A DNA stretch of 64,000 nucleotides from Porphyridium purpureum (lineage: Eukaryota): contig VRMN01000001.1 of assembly GCA_008690995.1 (NCBI GenBank), forward strand, positions 248,001-312,000, in the 5' to 3' direction. The notes beneath the pieces were generated by a model. That model saw only the letters and a list, made by a program, of their open reading frames with translations. It was not told the origin of the DNA and ran no database searches. Position 1 is the stretch's first letter. Every line of letters begins with the position of its first letter. Made by a program: the position numbers and the translations under genes. Positions 25,378 to 34,599 of this stretch are shown piece after piece.

Positions 25378-26490
25378 TCAGAGCTCGTCCCGGATCGACT
25401 CGAGGATGTTGATACGCCGCCTCGCATGGTTGAGCTGGTTCTCGGCGATTCCTGTGCCGGCTTCGGTGAACATTTTTCTGAGGCGCTCGTGCTCAAGTTC
25501 AAGAAAAGAGCGCCCCCGCGAGACCAGTTTGTCCAGCAGATGAGCGTAGTATTCGAACGAGCCATGTTCTGAGTCGCCCGAATCCTGCATGAGCTCCTTG
25601 ACTTTGGCGGCAGCCTCGGTATCCAGGGCGCCGTCTTTGATAAAGTCGGCCACGATCAAGCTCAGGTCGAGCGCTACGCCGCTGCGCTCCGTCAGCGACC
25701 CGTCTGCCGCGTAGTGTGCGCCAACGTGTTCGTTCAGAAACTCGATAAGCTGTGGGAGCTGGCGCGCGCCTTCAAACTTTACAACTTGCTTTTCCTCGCC
25801 GCGCTTGAACAAGAGCAGTGTCGGATACCCACGAACATTGTACTTTTTTCCGATGTCCTTGTTCGCTTCGGCATCCAGCATCGCGATCACGACGTGCTTT
25901 TCCGGGGCAAAGATGCGCGCTATGTCTTCAAATTTGGGTTTCAGTGCCTTGCAATGCTGGCACCAGGGTGCGTAGAAGTCCACAAACACATCGCGCTTGG
26001 GATCCATGACGATCTGATCAAAGTTATCCCTGTCCAGAGCCACTGTCAGAGCCTGTGTTGGGGGCGCCTTTTCGCCCATCAGTCCTGTGCGCGTCTCCAC
26101 TTCTGAAATCAAAAAGTTTGGTCGTAGGTCCATCATGAGTTGCTCTGCCTCCACGGGGTCGCCGCCTTTTGGAATCCAGCGCAGCGCCGGCAAGTCCTTG
26201 ACTTGGTAGCGAACGCACCCGGCGTGCGAGCCATCACACTGAGTATAAACTATCGCGACGTCCTTGTGCTTTGCGAAAGCCTTGCCCACCTGTCCATACA
26301 CAGATTTGGCCTGCGCGCACACCGCCGGGCGCCGGTCATCGCAGAACAGCACTAGGCCTGGCGCTTTCTTCAGCGCCGCGATCATATCTTGGTCATACGC
26401 GTCTGGCACGAAGAACGCGCATGCGAAGCGCACGAAGCATGCTTGCACGACCACAAGCAGTGCAACCTGTGCTATCGAGCGGGCTGGCAT
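25378..26490 (-). CDS. Protein disulfide-isomerase (two thioredoxin folds plus ERp29-like C-terminal domain)
   Basis: Signal peptide, FYAPWCQHCK, VRGYPTL, helical C-terminal domain, terminal RDEL. Confidence 0.9.
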   Translation of the reverse strand: MPARSIAQVALLVVVQACFVRFACAFFVPDAYDQDMIAALKKAPGLVLFCDDRRPAVCAQAKSVYGQVGKAFAKHKDVAIVYTQCDGSHAGCVRYQVKDLPALRWIPKGGDPVEAEQLMMDLRPNFLISEVETRTGLMGEKAPPTQALTVALDRDNFDQIVMDPKRDVFVDFYAPWCQHCKALKPKFEDIARIFAPEKHVVIAMLDAEANKDIGKKYNVRGYPTLLLFKRGEEKQVVKFEGARQLPQLIEFLNEHVGAHYAADGSLTERSGVALDLSLIVADFIKDGALDTEAAAKVKELMQDSGDSEHGSFEYYAHLLDKLVSRGRSFLELEHERLRKMFTEAGTGIAENQLNHARRRINILESIRDEL

Positions 26491-26652
26491 GCTGTCTCCT
26501 GTCTGTCTCGTCTGTCGTTTCGATCTTGTGCGCGCGCGCGCTCTCTCTCACGCTCTCTCTTTCTGGTTGCTCGCATGTCCTCAACACGGTCGCGCGCTGG
26601 ATCCACCTCTAGACCGTTTCTCATATCAAACTGACGTGTTTTACTAGTAAAT

Positions 26653-27807
26653 CTACTTGGACACGCGGTACTTGCGCACCTTGTCCATGAGCGCCTTGGC
26701 CTCCGGGTTGTTCTCAAAATGGTCGCGCACGGGCTGGAGCATCTCGTTGATGGCGTCGGTCAGCGACGCCTTCAGGTCGCCCGGATGAACTGTGCCAGAG
26801 CGGTAATCCGCGTGCACAGCTTCAATACTCGTGTACGTCTTGTCACCACCATTCGCGTCCGAGCGCTTCAGTTCAAACTTGCCTAGCTTTGGAATCACCA
26901 GGTACTGCACGTACTCCAGGCATGGGTTTCCTTCCACAATCTCTGGAGGGCAGTACGCCTTCTTGATCTTGCTTGCCACGTCCTTCTTGGAGTCCTCCAT
27001 GAAGATCGCCGACTCTGGGTCCGACTTGGACATCTTCTCCTGCCCTTGTTTGAGCCCGGGAAGCATGTGGTGTGACAAAATAATCGGCTTGTTTTTGATT
27101 TTGGGCTTCATCGCGTCGCAGTACTCACGCGCGAGCATGTTCACTTTGCGCTGGTCCATACCCAGCTGGCAAATGTCCGCTTTGAGGAAGAAAATGTCTG
27201 CGCATTGCATGCATGGATAAAAGATTTGCGCAGCACTGAGGTCGTCTTGCTCGTTGCGTCCCATGATTTGCGAGCACCGGATCACGCGCGCGAGGTTGTT
27301 CCGTCTAGCAATATCCATGACCTTCATCCAGTACTCGTCGGGGCGTCTATTAATCTCCTCGGACGCCCACAGGAACTGCACGTGGTCCATGTTCATCCCG
27401 CATGCCTTCCAGACCTCGATGAAATAGTTTCCCACCACCTGGATCTTCTTGAGGTCACCATCCATCTTGTTATTGAGCTGCGCAAACCAGTCGGCGACCC
27501 AGAACACGAAATCGCAACCTGCTTCCGTGAGCTTATTGACGTTGACGCTCTTCATAATACCCTGCGCAATATGCATACGGCCAGATGGCTCAAACCCATC
27601 ATAACAGCGCGGCCGCCGATCCTTCAGCTTGCTAAACAGCAAGCGCAGCCCGTCCTCCGTGACGGTCTCCTCCGCCACACTCAGCGCCAGCGCCACCCGC
27701 CGCTCCACGTCAGGATCCCTCTCCTCCACCTCTCCTCCTCCTGGCGCTTGCCCGCCCATACTCACGTCTGCCATCGCCACACCCACCGCATCCACTTCTT
27801 CCGCCAT
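26653..27807 (-). CDS. TyrRS: Tyrosyl-tRNA synthetase (cytosolic, archaeal/eukaryotic type)
   Basis: CYDGFEPSGRMHIAQG, YPCMQCADIF, QLGMDQRKVNMLAREY, KMSKS. First ATG taken as start. Confidence 0.96.
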   Translation of the reverse strand: MAEEVDAVGVAMADVSMGGQAPGGGEVEERDPDVERRVALALSVAEETVTEDGLRLLFSKLKDRRPRCYDGFEPSGRMHIAQGIMKSVNVNKLTEAGCDFVFWVADWFAQLNNKMDGDLKKIQVVGNYFIEVWKACGMNMDHVQFLWASEEINRRPDEYWMKVMDIARRNNLARVIRCSQIMGRNEQDDLSAAQIFYPCMQCADIFFLKADICQLGMDQRKVNMLAREYCDAMKPKIKNKPIILSHHMLPGLKQGQEKMSKSDPESAIFMEDSKKDVASKIKKAYCPPEIVEGNPCLEYVQYLVIPKLGKFELKRSDANGGDKTYTSIEAVHADYRSGTVHPGDLKASLTDAINEMLQPVRDHFENNPEAKALMDKVRKYRVSK

Positions 27808-28094
27808 CACATCTATCCCTCTCGTCACGCTCTTCTCACTCTCTTTCTCTCTCTCTCTCTCTTTTTGTCGCCCTTCAACAAACCGCTTTCTTATCGGTTT
27901 CTCTTCAATTTTGCACTTGCATATTAAATTACGCTTCTTTTATATGCATCTCTACGAACCCTTGCGCGTGAGTTGAGAAACTGTTAAACCGTTGAAACCG
28001 ATAGGCGCGACGGGTTGCGCGGCGCGGTGCGGCGGTGTTGCGTGTGCGAGCGTGTGTGGAGAAGAGCGGGAGGACGCGTCGATGAGTTGGCGGT

Positions 28095-29363
28095 ATGGGG
28101 AGGAAGCGGAAGTCGGTGGGCGATGGTGGCTCGGGCGATGACGCAGAACAGAACGTTGCAGACGCGGATACCGCGCCGGTGAGTGTTCCGAAAAAGAAGG
28201 AGAGGAAACGCAATCGGAAGAAGAAGGACGCACCTGCGCAGGTCGACGCGGCGGAGGATTCTGGTGGAAACGATGTAGAGGAGGGCGGGAATGGCGTGAG
28301 TCGTGGCAATGACGTAGACGGGCTGGAGGAGCAAAGAGGACGACGCGAAGGTGCGCAGCAGCAGAATGCTGGACGTGCGGCGCAGGCGCCCAGACGGACC
28401 ATCTCGATTGCGTTTCCGTCCTCTATCGTGAATGCTGTTGTAAAGCACGAAATGCAGACTTTGCTATGCGGTCAGCTCGCGCGGGCGGCCGCGCAGTTTC
28501 GTGTCCGAGAGATCATTCTGTTTGAGGAGTTTGACGAAGATGTCAACATGATCGACTTTACGCGACCGAACACAGCCGCCTCCGAGGCCAGTGCGTTTAT
28601 CAAGCTGCTGCTCGAGTACATTGAGACGCCGCCATACCTTCGAAAGTTCTTCTTTCCCGTATCAGACGACCTGCGGTATGTGGGCTTGCTCATACCGCTC
28701 GAAGCACCGCATCATCTCAAGATCAACGAGCTTCTGCGCTTCCGAGAAGGGGTTGTAGTTCCACAAGGATTCAGACAAGGCGACTCGATCCAGGACGCAA
28801 TGAATGGGTCCACAAGCAAGACGTCGAAATTTGTCGAGCTCGGACTTAGGTTTCCCATGCGTTTGCGAAGCGCCATGCCGATGGGAACGCGGGTGACTGC
28901 GGATTTTGGGGAGAACGACCTTTTCAGCATGCCGTCCAGTCGATTTAATAACCTTGTCCTTACGGCGGCGTCCCGCGAAGATGCCGAGCAAGCAACTGGT
29001 GCATACTGGGGTTACAAAGTCAAGGTTGTCACTTCTTTGTCACGGTTGCTAGACGAGGCGAGACGGTCGTCAGCATACGATTTGATTATCGGCACTTCGG
29101 ATGAGGCCGAGACCATTATGAACACATCATCCGTGCCGCGATCGTTCGACCACGCGCTTGTTGTCTTTGGAGGTCTTCGTGGCCTGCGACATGCCGCTGC
29201 GAGTGACGCAGTACTTGTCAAACGAGGCATGATTGATGAGCGCGTACCAGAATTGTTTGATATGTGGGTCAACACGATTCCTCGACAGGGCACACAGTCC
29301 GTTCGCACTGAGGAAGCGATTCCAATCACACTCGCGACGCTTGCACATAATTTTGAAACATGA
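28095..29363 (+). CDS. SPOUT1: SPOUT-domain methyltransferase (C9orf114/CENP-32-like)
   Basis: GQLARAAAQF, EYIETPPYLRK, PLEAPHH, FREGVV, YWGYKV, VNTIPRQGTQSVRTEEA. Confidence 0.88.
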   Translation: MGRKRKSVGDGGSGDDAEQNVADADTAPVSVPKKKERKRNRKKKDAPAQVDAAEDSGGNDVEEGGNGVSRGNDVDGLEEQRGRREGAQQQNAGRAAQAPRRTISIAFPSSIVNAVVKHEMQTLLCGQLARAAAQFRVREIILFEEFDEDVNMIDFTRPNTAASEASAFIKLLLEYIETPPYLRKFFFPVSDDLRYVGLLIPLEAPHHLKINELLRFREGVVVPQGFRQGDSIQDAMNGSTSKTSKFVELGLRFPMRLRSAMPMGTRVTADFGENDLFSMPSSRFNNLVLTAASREDAEQATGAYWGYKVKVVTSLSRLLDEARRSSAYDLIIGTSDEAETIMNTSSVPRSFDHALVVFGGLRGLRHAAASDAVLVKRGMIDERVPELFDMWVNTIPRQGTQSVRTEEAIPITLATLAHNFET

Positions 29364-29419
29364 CAGGACCCTAAACAAAAAGCAGCTTGCGCGTGGTCAT
29401 GCCCCATAGGCAACGGCAA

Positions 29420-30457
29420 TCAATTTCCACCTGCTTCCAGTTCTTCTTGCTCCATCAAGCGCTTCAAATGCACAGGATCGATTGATCCAAACTCTGACTT
29501 GCGGATGTGCATCTCGTAGCAAACGCGTTCCACCTTGATCAGCGACCGCTTGAGCTCCTCGCTTTTGTGCAAGATGTCTTTAGGCCAAGCTGTCACAGGC
29601 GACACATTATTCTTCAAAAAGGAGTCAAACTTGGAGTGTAGCGAGCGAAGAAATGGAAGAATATGGTGCGGCGTTTCAAGGTCGCCCGTAGCTACCGCGC
29701 CGACCGCCAAACGCATAACCTCCCCCGTCAGATCGCCAACAGCCAAAACGTAGTCGCCCACATCTATAGTGAACTTTTGAGGTGACACGATGCCCTGGAT
29801 TTTCGAGCCCGTCTCTTCCGTCCCTTGTTCATTGGACTCTTCTGCCTCCATCTGTAGTGATGCGAGCCAGTGGTCGTGAGCGTCGTCGAGCATCTGCTGT
29901 GCTGCAGAAAGACTCATCAACGTCCGTGTCTGAAGGTAATGCGCAAACAGCACAAACTCGAGGAATTCTTGAATACCCGGTGAGAAGGCGCGGTGCAATC
30001 GATAGTACAAAATGGTATCTTGTGCAAGTTCTCCGGCGATCTTTGTGAGAATCATCTCTACGATTTCTTTCTTCGCACCATCGCTGTCGTCCATCAAGGA
30101 CAGGTCCGGAGTGGTTGCTGCCGTCACCGCAAGAAGTTTTGGCGCGATGCGATGAAGTCCGAAAATCCCGTGCTTACTCTTCATCGTCACAGTGCGTGAC
30201 GCCTGCACCAACCGCTCGCGCTGGTAGTTGAACGCGTCCATTTCCGCGCCAATCGACGCGAACATGTCAGCATAGGCGCCCTTTGGTGTCTGCGTGCCTC
30301 GGCTCCCTTCCGCCGCCGCAGCACCACTGCCATCTTCCACGCGCGCTCGCTTTTGCGCATGCCGATCCTTTTCACCTCGACCTGTTGGCCTCGTCATCAT
30401 CCCCGTCGTCCCTCCCGTCTTCGTCTCTCCTTCTCTCGCTGTCACTCTCTTGTTCAT
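29420..30457 (-). CDS. TSNAX: Translin-associated protein X (TRAX), translin family
   Basis: RERLVQASRTVTMKSKHGIFGLHR, FSPGIQEFLE, DYVLAVGDLTGEVMR, KVERVCYEMHIRKSE. First ATG used. Confidence 0.85.
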   Translation of the reverse strand: MNKRVTAREGETKTGGTTGMMTRPTGRGEKDRHAQKRARVEDGSGAAAAEGSRGTQTPKGAYADMFASIGAEMDAFNYQRERLVQASRTVTMKSKHGIFGLHRIAPKLLAVTAATTPDLSLMDDSDGAKKEIVEMILTKIAGELAQDTILYYRLHRAFSPGIQEFLEFVLFAHYLQTRTLMSLSAAQQMLDDAHDHWLASLQMEAEESNEQGTEETGSKIQGIVSPQKFTIDVGDYVLAVGDLTGEVMRLAVGAVATGDLETPHHILPFLRSLHSKFDSFLKNNVSPVTAWPKDILHKSEELKRSLIKVERVCYEMHIRKSEFGSIDPVHLKRLMEQEELEAGGN

Positions 30458-30522
30458 GCTACGCCGGGCGACAGTTTCCGTCAAGAACCACGCAGATGTA
30501 GCTCCAGGCTTGACCGCCGACG

Positions 30523-31080
30523 ATGAAGCGGAAAACAATTGGCGGGACGGCCGGAGGCGGCAGCAGCGGTAGGAAGAGCACCGAGTCGCTCACATTTACA
30601 AAGCACACGCCAACGTTTCTGCAGAGTCTCGAGGCCGACGCAAAGAAGACCAGCGCAAGCGCTCGTGCCACCCGCGCAAATGCCGACACTGGTGGTATTC
30701 CTACCGACAAGACCGCGCCATCGGAGCTGGATGGCCTGGCACGAGAAGGATTCAATGTTCTAGATGGGTACTCAGACCACGAAGGTGACAACGCGCGAGA
30801 AGAGGATGGGTCGGCCGTCCTGGCGGCGATTCCAGTCAAGACCGGAAAGCAAAGAATCGCGATGCCTTCCACAACAGCTGCCGCTAGCGGCAAAATGAAA
30901 GACAATGCGGTTACGGGCAACACGGGGCAGCGTGCACTGCAGATGACCAGGACGCATCAGGCGAATGAAAAAGGGAAACCTAGAACAACCTCGGCACCCG
31001 CGGAGAAAAAACGCGCCGTGTTGTTGTCGTTCACTGTCGAGGAAGACGCTGCCTCGTCGGGCTCTTCTGATGCGGAATGA
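30523..31080 (+). CDS. DUF4604/KIAA1143-like low-complexity protein
   Basis: N-terminal LTFTKHTPTFLQSL and C-terminal LLSFTVEED patterns. Confidence 0.6.
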   Translation: MKRKTIGGTAGGGSSGRKSTESLTFTKHTPTFLQSLEADAKKTSASARATRANADTGGIPTDKTAPSELDGLAREGFNVLDGYSDHEGDNAREEDGSAVLAAIPVKTGKQRIAMPSTTAAASGKMKDNAVTGNTGQRALQMTRTHQANEKGKPRTTSAPAEKKRAVLLSFTVEEDAASSGSSDAE

Positions 31081-31111
31081 ACATGCACGGCTTGTACAGA
31101 ATGAGAGCGCA

Positions 31112-32119
31112 CTATACGTACGAGATATTAAGAGCTGGTCTGGCGCGCATGAGCGCGTCGATCCCATCGTACGAGTAAAAGCCGACGGGCCAGATGTTGA
31201 ACACATTGTTGGCAAGTCCCAGAACTTGGAGCGCCGAGAAGTTGTGAGCAATCATGCTCAGCGTTTCATCCCCGATGCTGCAGTATGCGAGGTGCAATTC
31301 CTCCAGGGTGTCACCGCATGCCGCCAAAATATACTGAAGGCCCTGAACGGTTATGGACTCGCACCCAGTGAGGTCCAATACCCGCAGACTTTGAATTTGC
31401 GCAATGCTCTGCAGCGCGCTGTCTTCTAGACTGTGCATCCATTTCAAGCGCAGCACCCTCAACTTTGGAAACGCCGATCGCAAGCCAATCCGTGACAGAA
31501 AGAGCGCGTCGATTTGCAAGCAACGCGAGACGTCTAATTCTCTCAGCGATGGCCACACGAGCGGTGCGTCTTTGCCAAACGCCGCGTGCGAAAATGCCTC
31601 ACATTGCGCCACGCACAACTTTTCGAGTCTGGGTAACAAGCGCGCGGCGTCGCTGATACAATCATTGTCTGGCCACGATTGTACGTGGCTAACAAACGTC
31701 AGTTTCGTCAATCGATCCGAGCACGTTCGAAACAGCGCGGCGGGCGAGCGCGAAATCGCGTCGTGCGCGGCTATGTTTGCGTCTGCGCGCGGCCGAATAA
31801 GCCTCACGCTACTCAGCGTCGCACAATGCGCATCAATCAGTGCGCGAAACTGCCGGCACACCGCTCGCAAACGCCACAACGTCGCAACGCACGCAGCCTC
31901 TCGCAACGTCTCACTCGGATGATTCTTCCTACAGCTCGCGCGGAGCAGCAACTCCAGCACAAGTTCTTCTGGAAGAAGACCGAAGCCCATGATCCACGGC
32001 GCTGCGCCTGCCGCACTTTTCTCCGTTGGGCATCGCCAGTGCGGGCAGTTGTCCTGGTGCCATGCGTACTCGCATCCGCCGCCTGCCTTCTCTCTTGCTC
32101 CCATCGTGCCTCTGCGCAT
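31112..32119 (-). CDS. F-box/leucine-rich-repeat protein
   Basis: F-box LLPEELVLELL...VCRQFR; LRRs LRELDVSRC, LRVLDLTGCESIT, LEELHLAYCSIGD. Confidence 0.85.
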   Translation of the reverse strand: MRRGTMGAREKAGGGCEYAWHQDNCPHWRCPTEKSAAGAAPWIMGFGLLPEELVLELLLRASCRKNHPSETLREAACVATLWRLRAVCRQFRALIDAHCATLSSVRLIRPRADANIAAHDAISRSPAALFRTCSDRLTKLTFVSHVQSWPDNDCISDAARLLPRLEKLCVAQCEAFSHAAFGKDAPLVWPSLRELDVSRCLQIDALFLSRIGLRSAFPKLRVLRLKWMHSLEDSALQSIAQIQSLRVLDLTGCESITVQGLQYILAACGDTLEELHLAYCSIGDETLSMIAHNFSALQVLGLANNVFNIWPVGFYSYDGIDALMRARPALNISYV

Positions 32120-32262
32120 CTTCGGTCCGAGTCAAACGGCGCACGCATTTCTAAAACGGTTCAACCAAGAAATCCCAAGGTTATGGTAAAACGGGGTGTT
32201 TACATAGAAAGCCCCGCGATGGCTGAAACCGAATTGCGAGCAAGTGTTCCGTGGCGTGTTCG

Positions 32263-34428
32263 TCACTCGGTGCTTGACGCTTCATTCACGCTGTTGTCCC
32301 ATGGACGCACCAGTGACTCGGGTGTGTGCGAGTTCGAACCGGAGCCTGACAGCGTGCGACTGGTGGCGTTGAATGCGCGCGCGACACTATTGCCAATTGA
32401 GTTTGGCGGGCTGAGGGTGGCGTGCTGACGATTGTCATCCGAGTGATGGTCACGATCAGCGCGTTTCTTCGCCTTGCCTGAGAATGCGCGCGTACCTAGC
32501 AGACTTCTCGGTGAGAGCACACCATGACGAGCATTTCGGGGAGACAGCGCTGGCAGGTCTCCTGGGCTTCCTGCTTTCTCGCTGAGAACCTCATGCCGTG
32601 GTGAACTGTGCATGTTTCCCATCCGTTGTGTTCCAGCGTGAAACTTGCTCACTAGCAGGTCCGTACCGCGGCGAATGACCTTTGAACCTCGTCCCGAGAG
32701 TGAGCCTGCACCATGACATGTTTCGTCGTTGAATCGATTCGGACTCGGAATGGATTCCGTCTCGCGTTCGGCAGACGCGTCTTCACCGTCTAACTTGGAG
32801 AGCGAAAGGGCTGAAGGAGACGGTTTTGGTGGACGATGCCTCGAAAGCGATCGAAATCGAAACACATCGAGTCCTTGCCTTTTTGCTTCAAATGAATCCA
32901 TGTCCACTGTTGCACATGTTCCAGTACTTTGATCGTCTATTGAGAGGCTGACCTCAAGATCAGATCGTGATTGCGGAGCTGAAACTGCAGGAGGTCTTTC
33001 CTTCCCAGGCGGGCCCGCTCCACTTCGACCCGCGTATGAACCGCTTGTGATGCCAAAGATGATGCGTGAATTTTCACTTGACGTGTCGGTTCTCAGGTCA
33101 TCATGGTCAGCAGCACGAGAAGGCTCACTTGATGGAATGACACCCGACTGGGATTCCTCCATGGCGGCGGATGTAGTCGCATCGCCGGCAGCATGGGGGC
33201 TGGAATGATCACTGTGGCTACTGGTACCTGCGGCCCTGGAAGAATCGGTAACAGCTGCGCTCATCGCGACGGTCACGCCGGCTCCGGTCAGCGATCTCGT
33301 CTCAATCGAATTGGACTGCGTGCGGACTTCGCTCACCGGCATTCTACCCGAGCGCTTGAATTCTTCAAAACGCGCTTCCTGTGTCTTCATGTGCATCGTG
33401 GAATCAAGCGATCCTGCCTTGAGAAGGATTGATGGCGCTTCATCAAACAATTCCGGTGCGCCATTCACCAGTGCGTTGCGGTGTATGAAATGGTCCGACG
33501 ACACAATTGGTATTGGCATAGCAGCATCGAGTTTGGACTGACCCAGCAGCCATGGGTGCTGCCGTATCTGAATAACTGTGACCCGTTTTTCGGGTCTTTT
33601 TTCTAGCAAGCCGCTGATCAAGTCGCGCGCTGCTTCTGACACGTGTGATGGAAAAAGAACTTCTTCGTGACAAATAAGTTGTGAGATCTTCGGTGGTGAG
33701 CACATTAGAGGATCAAACTCGCTTTCGTATGATACCGATGTGGTGAATGGCAGGCCTCCAGTCAGCAGCGCAAATAGGATGATGCCGCACGACCAAGCAT
33801 CCAGCTTGTCGCCGCGGTAGCCTGTCGCTCCTGGATTGGCGCTCCACATTTCAGGCGCCATGTACTCTGGCGTGCCGCATCTAGTGTACAGCAAAATCTC
33901 CTCCTTTTCCCACAAACCGGTGTTTTCCATGAACCAACTCATGCCAAAGTCAGTCACCTTGAGCGTGCCATTCTCGTCCAGGAGCAGATTCTCTGGCTTC
34001 AGGTCGCGATGGTACACGGCTTTTGAGTGGCAATATGCGACGGCATCAACCAGCTGGCAAAAAATAGCGCGCGCTTCGACTTCTGGGACGCCGTTGGACT
34101 TGACAATTCTGCCAAACAGCTCGCCGCCTGACACATACTCCATCACCAAGTAGATTTTCACATCCGACATGAGCACCTGCCGCATGGACACAATGTTCGG
34201 GTGGTTCAGGTACTGCATCACCTTAATTTCGCGCTTGAGCTGCCTCTCGAACACCTTGAGCTGCTTCTTATCCATGATCTTCACGGCAAACTTCTGCTGC
34301 GTGTCCTCGTGGACGGCGAGCCGGCACTCCGAATGATACCCGCGCCCCAACAGCCCGCGGATAGAGTACTTTCCCACGCGCGTGCCGTGCGACGACGACT
34401 GCGACGACGACGACGACGACAGCGACAT
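32263..34428 (-). CDS. SNF1/AMPK/CIPK-like Ser/Thr protein kinase with a long disordered C-terminal tail
   Basis: GRGYHS, AVK, HRDLKPEN, DFG, CGTPEYMAPE, DAWSCG. Confidence 0.92.
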   Translation of the reverse strand: MSLSSSSSSQSSSHGTRVGKYSIRGLLGRGYHSECRLAVHEDTQQKFAVKIMDKKQLKVFERQLKREIKVMQYLNHPNIVSMRQVLMSDVKIYLVMEYVSGGELFGRIVKSNGVPEVEARAIFCQLVDAVAYCHSKAVYHRDLKPENLLLDENGTLKVTDFGMSWFMENTGLWEKEEILLYTRCGTPEYMAPEMWSANPGATGYRGDKLDAWSCGIILFALLTGGLPFTTSVSYESEFDPLMCSPPKISQLICHEEVLFPSHVSEAARDLISGLLEKRPEKRVTVIQIRQHPWLLGQSKLDAAMPIPIVSSDHFIHRNALVNGAPELFDEAPSILLKAGSLDSTMHMKTQEARFEEFKRSGRMPVSEVRTQSNSIETRSLTGAGVTVAMSAAVTDSSRAAGTSSHSDHSSPHAAGDATTSAAMEESQSGVIPSSEPSRAADHDDLRTDTSSENSRIIFGITSGSYAGRSGAGPPGKERPPAVSAPQSRSDLEVSLSIDDQSTGTCATVDMDSFEAKRQGLDVFRFRSLSRHRPPKPSPSALSLSKLDGEDASAERETESIPSPNRFNDETCHGAGSLSGRGSKVIRRGTDLLVSKFHAGTQRMGNMHSSPRHEVLSEKAGSPGDLPALSPRNARHGVLSPRSLLGTRAFSGKAKKRADRDHHSDDNRQHATLSPPNSIGNSVARAFNATSRTLSGSGSNSHTPESLVRPWDNSVNEASSTE

Positions 34429-34599
34429 CTTTACCGCCACAACCTCGCGTTCCTATCGCACATCGCTTCACGTCTTGGCCTGCCTCCCGGCTCTGTCTTC
34501 CGCTTCCCCCGCGTAACAATCAGCTCAGCCGCACGCTTTCATAGTAAAACAGCGCCGCTTGCATGAGAAAACGGAACAGACGTTAATTAACTCAATTAA

